In this document: piece by piece, positions 60,298 to 64,000 of the stretch
Numbering within the stretch: position 1 is the first letter of the stretch
How the letters are laid out: each line of letters opens with the position of its first letter
Assembly: GCF_963921235.1 (NCBI RefSeq)
Contig: NC_086102.1
Coordinates: 44,640,001 to 44,704,000, forward strand
Length of the DNA: 64,000 nucleotides
Direction: 5' to 3'
Origin: Mobula hypostoma
Lineage: Eukaryota
Translations under genes and position numbers: made by a program
The notes under the pieces: generated by a model
What the model was told of the DNA's origin: nothing
What the model saw: only the letters and a program-made list of their open reading frames with translations
The model's database searches: none

Positions 60298-61125
60298 TGT
60301 TATTATGGCAGGGCTCTGTTGGCCAGCGGGAACTAGTCTACAAATTAGTGGATTCAATTACCCAAGGACAGGGGAAGCAGACAAACCAATTGTCTTTTTT
60401 CCCCCCCATTTTGTGGATTCTGTACTGATTCTTCCTCTGGGATAAACCAATCAGAGCAACTGAATGTGACACAAGGAGCATCAGGTAACCTGCTAAACTG
60501 GAGATCACTCTCAGACAAGTATCTATTTTTTTGTAAAATGCCAGACCTGCTAAAGAGGCAATCTGTAATCTCATTATAATCTATCTGGGGCACCTAGTTT
60601 AACTGGTTTGGATCAGTCAGAGTTGAAAGACACATGCACCAGGTTGGGGGTGGGGCAGAACCATGAAACAATGTTGGTTATTGCCCTGGACTAGAACCAG
60701 AAAGGTGACTCAGGCAGGTGAGGTGACCTTGAGCCAATGGGATGGAGATCTGCCAGTTCAACAGATGAGGAACACTCTAGGAGTCAGGAGCTCCAAATAC
60801 ACAGCAGCGACAACCCTCCAGCAACCAGAGACCAACCTTTGCAGATAAGGAGGACCCATTGGACACATGGAGATTGGGACTTTAAGGAACGCCTGGCCAG
60901 TGTACTCATTTCCTGGGTAATACCTTCTATCTTCATTGACTGCTATTGGAGGGTCAGGGATTCTAGTGGTCGTGTACGCAAGTAGTCAGTTTGTGAACTC
61001 ATGCGCTTTTTAGTTGTGACAATAAAAGTTATTTGGTGGTAAATACAGATTTTTTGTGCCTCACTGATTATTACTACAAGGGGTGATTTGTGTAACAGAA
61101 TATTGGCGGTCCCTGCTGGGGACTC
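60298..61125 (+). mobile_element. Putative LTR (60298-61097) followed by a primer-binding-site-like sequence (61104-61125)
   Basis: TGTTAT...GTAACA ends; AATAAA at 61021; TGGCGGTCCCTGCTGGGGACTC 6 nt after the LTR end, imperfectly resembling the complement of a tRNA 3' end. No internal ORF recognised. Confidence 0.5.
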
Positions 61126-61449
61126 AAGGATAAATCTCTTTGTTCAGCAGGAAACTCGAGTTGGTCCACGTGGTGAGGTATGGAGAGATCTGGAGCTGGG
61201 TAGTTTGTGGGAACTAACCCAGGATGAGGAATTCAGGAAATTCTGCAAATCCGAAGGACTTGGGATGTTTTGATTGAAGGAGATACCTCCAGAAATACAT
61301 GTTGGGGAACCAGCCACAATATGAGGAGTTTGTTGGGTCACCCTGGCTGTGAATGGAAAACTGCTGGAGATGCCCCTTGTAAATTTGCCCAAGGGAAGTA
61401 ATCAGGCTGGAAGTTTAAACTATTACAAACACCAGTGGCAGTTTGCTGC

Positions 61450-62945
61450 CACACATACAGAATGCAGGAGGAACTCAGCAGGCCAAAGAGTACAGTCAAC
61501 CTTCTGGGCTGAGACCCTTCATCAGAACTGGAGAAAAAAGATGAGAAGTCAGTGTAAGAAGGTTGGGGGGAGGGGTGAAGTGAAGAGCTGGGAAGTTGAT
61601 TGGTGAAAGAGTTACAGGGCTGGAGAAGGGGAAATCTGATAGGAGAGGACAGAAGGCCATGGAAGAAAGGGAAAGGGAAGGAGCACCAGAGAGAGGAGAT
61701 GGGCAGGTAAAAGATAAGATGAGAGAGGGAATGAGGAATGGTGAAGGGGGTGCATTACTGGAAGTTTGAGGAAACGATGCTCATGCCATCAGGTTGGAGG
61801 CTACCCAGATAGAATATGAGGTGTCGTTCCTCCAACCGGAGTGTGGCCTCATTGCGGCAGTAGAGGAGGCCATGTTGGAATGGGAATGGGAAGTGGAATT
61901 AAAATGGGTTGCCACTGGGATATCCTGCTTTTTCTGGCAGATGAAGTCTCCCAATCTACACCGGGTCTTACTGATATACAGGAGGCCACACCATGAGCAC
62001 CAGATACAGTAGATGACCCTAATAGACTCATAGGTGAAGTGTCGCCTCAACCAGAAAGACTATTTGGGGCCCTGAATTGTAGGGAGGGAAGAGGTGCAGG
62101 GACAGGTGTAGCACTTGTTCTGCTTGCAAGGATACGTGCCAGGAGGGAGATTGGTGGAGAGGGACAAATGGACAAAGGAGTTGTGTAGGAAGCGATCCCT
62201 GCGGAAAGCAGAAAGTGCGGAGAAGGGGGAGGGAGGGAAGGATGAGTTTGGTGGTGGGATCCCATTGGCAATGACATAAGTTCTGGAGAATTATGTGCTG
62301 GATGCAGAGGCTAGTGTTGTGGTAGGCGAGGACAAGAGGAAGCCTATCCCTGGTGAGGTGGTGAGAGGATGGGGCAAAGGCAGATGCTGACAAAATGGAA
62401 GCGATGCAGTTGATGGCAGCGTTGATGGTGGAGGAAGAGAATCTCCTTTTCTTTGAAGAAGGAGTACATCTTCTCCAACCTGATGGCATGAACGTCGATT
62501 TCTTGAACTTCTGGTAATTGCCTCCACCCCTTTTCCGCCATTCCCAATTCCTATTTCCATCTCTCACTTTATCTCCTTATCTGTCCATCACCTCCCTCTG
62601 GTGCTCCTCCCCCTGTTCTTGCTTCCATGGCCTTCTGTCCTCTCCTATCAGATTCCCCCTCCTCCAGCACTTTCTCTCTTTCACCAGTCGACTTCCTATC
62701 TGTTCACTCCTTCTCTCCTTCCTCCCCTTCCCAGTTTCACCCATCACTTTGTGTTTCTTCCTCCCCTCCCCCCACCTTCTAACTCTGACTCCTCATCTTT
62801 TATTTCTTTAGTCTTGATGAAGGGTCTCAGCCCTAAATGTCAACTGTACTCCTTTCCAAAGATGTTACCTGGCCTGCTGAGTTCCACCACCACATTTTGT
62901 GAATTGCTTGGATTTCCAGCATCTGCAGATTTTCTCTTGTTTGTG
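61450..62945. mobile_element. Penelope-like element with inverted 3'/pLTR copy (minus arm ~61450-62475, plus arm ~62475-62945)
   Basis: Minus arm: RDRLPLVLAYH...HFTYESIRVIYCIWCSWCGLLYISKT. Plus arm restarts at SLQPDGMNVDF-type sequence and runs to the terminus. Decayed hammerheads at ~61493-61530 and 62809-62846. Confidence 0.85.
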
Positions 62946-62984
62946 ATTGTAGCAGTTGGCTGTTTAGTTGAAGATCTGATAGGA

Positions 62985-64000
62985 TTCAGCGGCCTCAATG
63001 ACTACAGACCAGTGGCATTGACCTCCCACATCATGAAGACCCTGGAGAGACTTGTTCTGGAGCTGCTCCGGCCTATGGTCAGGCCACACTTAGATCCCCT
63101 CTAATTCGCCTACCAGCCCCGACTAGGAGTTGAGGATGCCATCGTCTTCCTGCTGAACTGTGTCTACGCCCACCTGGACAAGCCAGCGAGCACTGTGAGG
63201 GTCATGTTTTTTGACTTCTCCAGTGCGTTCAACACCATCCTCCCTGCTCTGCTGGGGGAGAAGCTGACAGCGATGCAGGTGGATGCTTCCCCGGTGTCAT
63301 GGATTCTTGATTACCTGACTGGCAGACCACAGTACGTGTGCTTGCAACACTGTGTGTCCGACAGAGTGATCAGCAGCACTGGGGCCCCACAGGGGACTAT
63401 CTTCTCTCCCTTTCTCTTCACCATTTACACCTCGGACTTCAACTACTGCACAGAGTCTTGTCATCTTCAGAAGTTTTCTGATGACTCTGCCATAGTTGGA
63501 TGCATCAGCGAGGGAGATGAGGCTGAGTACAGGGCTACGGTAGGAAACTTTGTCACATGGTGTGAGCAGAATTATCTGCAGCTTAATGTGAAAAAAACTA
63601 AGGAGCTGGTGGTAGACCTGAGGAGAGCTAAGGTACCGGTGACCCCCGTTTCCAGCCAGGGGGTCAGTGTGGACATGGTGGAGGATTACAAATACCTGGG
63701 GATACGAATTGACATTAAACTGGACTGGTCAAAGAACACTGAGGCTGTCTACAAGAAGGGCCAGAGTCATCTCTATTTCCTGAGGAGACTGAGGTCCTTT
63801 AACATCTGCCGGACGATGCTGAGGATGTTCTATGAGTCTGTGGTGGCCAGTGCTATCATGTTTGCTGTTGTGTGCTGGGGCAGCAGGCTGAGGGTAGCAG
63901 ACACCAACAGAATCAACAAACTCATTCGTAAGGCCAGTGATGTTGTGGGGATGGAACTGGACTCTCTGACGGTGGTGTCTGAAAAGAGGATGCTGTCTAA
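62985..64000 (+). mobile_element. Relatively young Rex1/Babar LINE RT region (continues beyond the window)
   Basis: LNDYRPVALTSHIMKTLERLV...HLDPL*FAYQ...MFFDFSSAFNTI...GAPQGT...KFSDD...YKYLG. One stop seen (63102-63104); the frame then appears open to the window end. Confidence 0.92.

Noticed and set aside
23636-62846. Recurring cagtcgacgtttcgggccgagaccc motif as CRISPR-like or other regularly spaced repeat
   Set aside because: Copies are dispersed, in both orientations and always embedded in PLE terminal repeats; there is no spacer array and no cas genes.

Overview
Vertebrate genomic DNA. The repeat families suggest a cartilaginous fish, probably a ray (inference only). One protein-coding gene is supported, on the minus strand: an EWI-subfamily immunoglobulin-superfamily type I membrane protein of CD101(IGSF2)/IGSF3 type. 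It has seven phase-1 Ig-V exons (43238-43615, 38661-39068, 35840-36220, 33294-33698, 31339-31740, 28586-28996, 27488-27901) and a stalk/TM/tail exon (19615-19832), giving 3017 coding nt in one open frame. The signal-peptide exon was not found. The rest of the window is mostly decayed transposons: CR1, Rex1/Babar, L1, Tx1, RTE-related, an R4/Dong-type RLE element, Penelope-like elements (PLEs), two LTRs, Tc1, a hAT MITE and SINEs. The most notable non-coding signal is a set of minimal type I hammerhead ribozyme motifs in PLE terminal repeats. These include ~250-bp fold-back insertions with 14- and 17-bp target-site duplications, one inside an intron of the gene and one just upstream of its first Ig exon. 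No prokaryotic-type system or CRISPR array is present. TE boundaries are approximate unless TSDs or termini are given.
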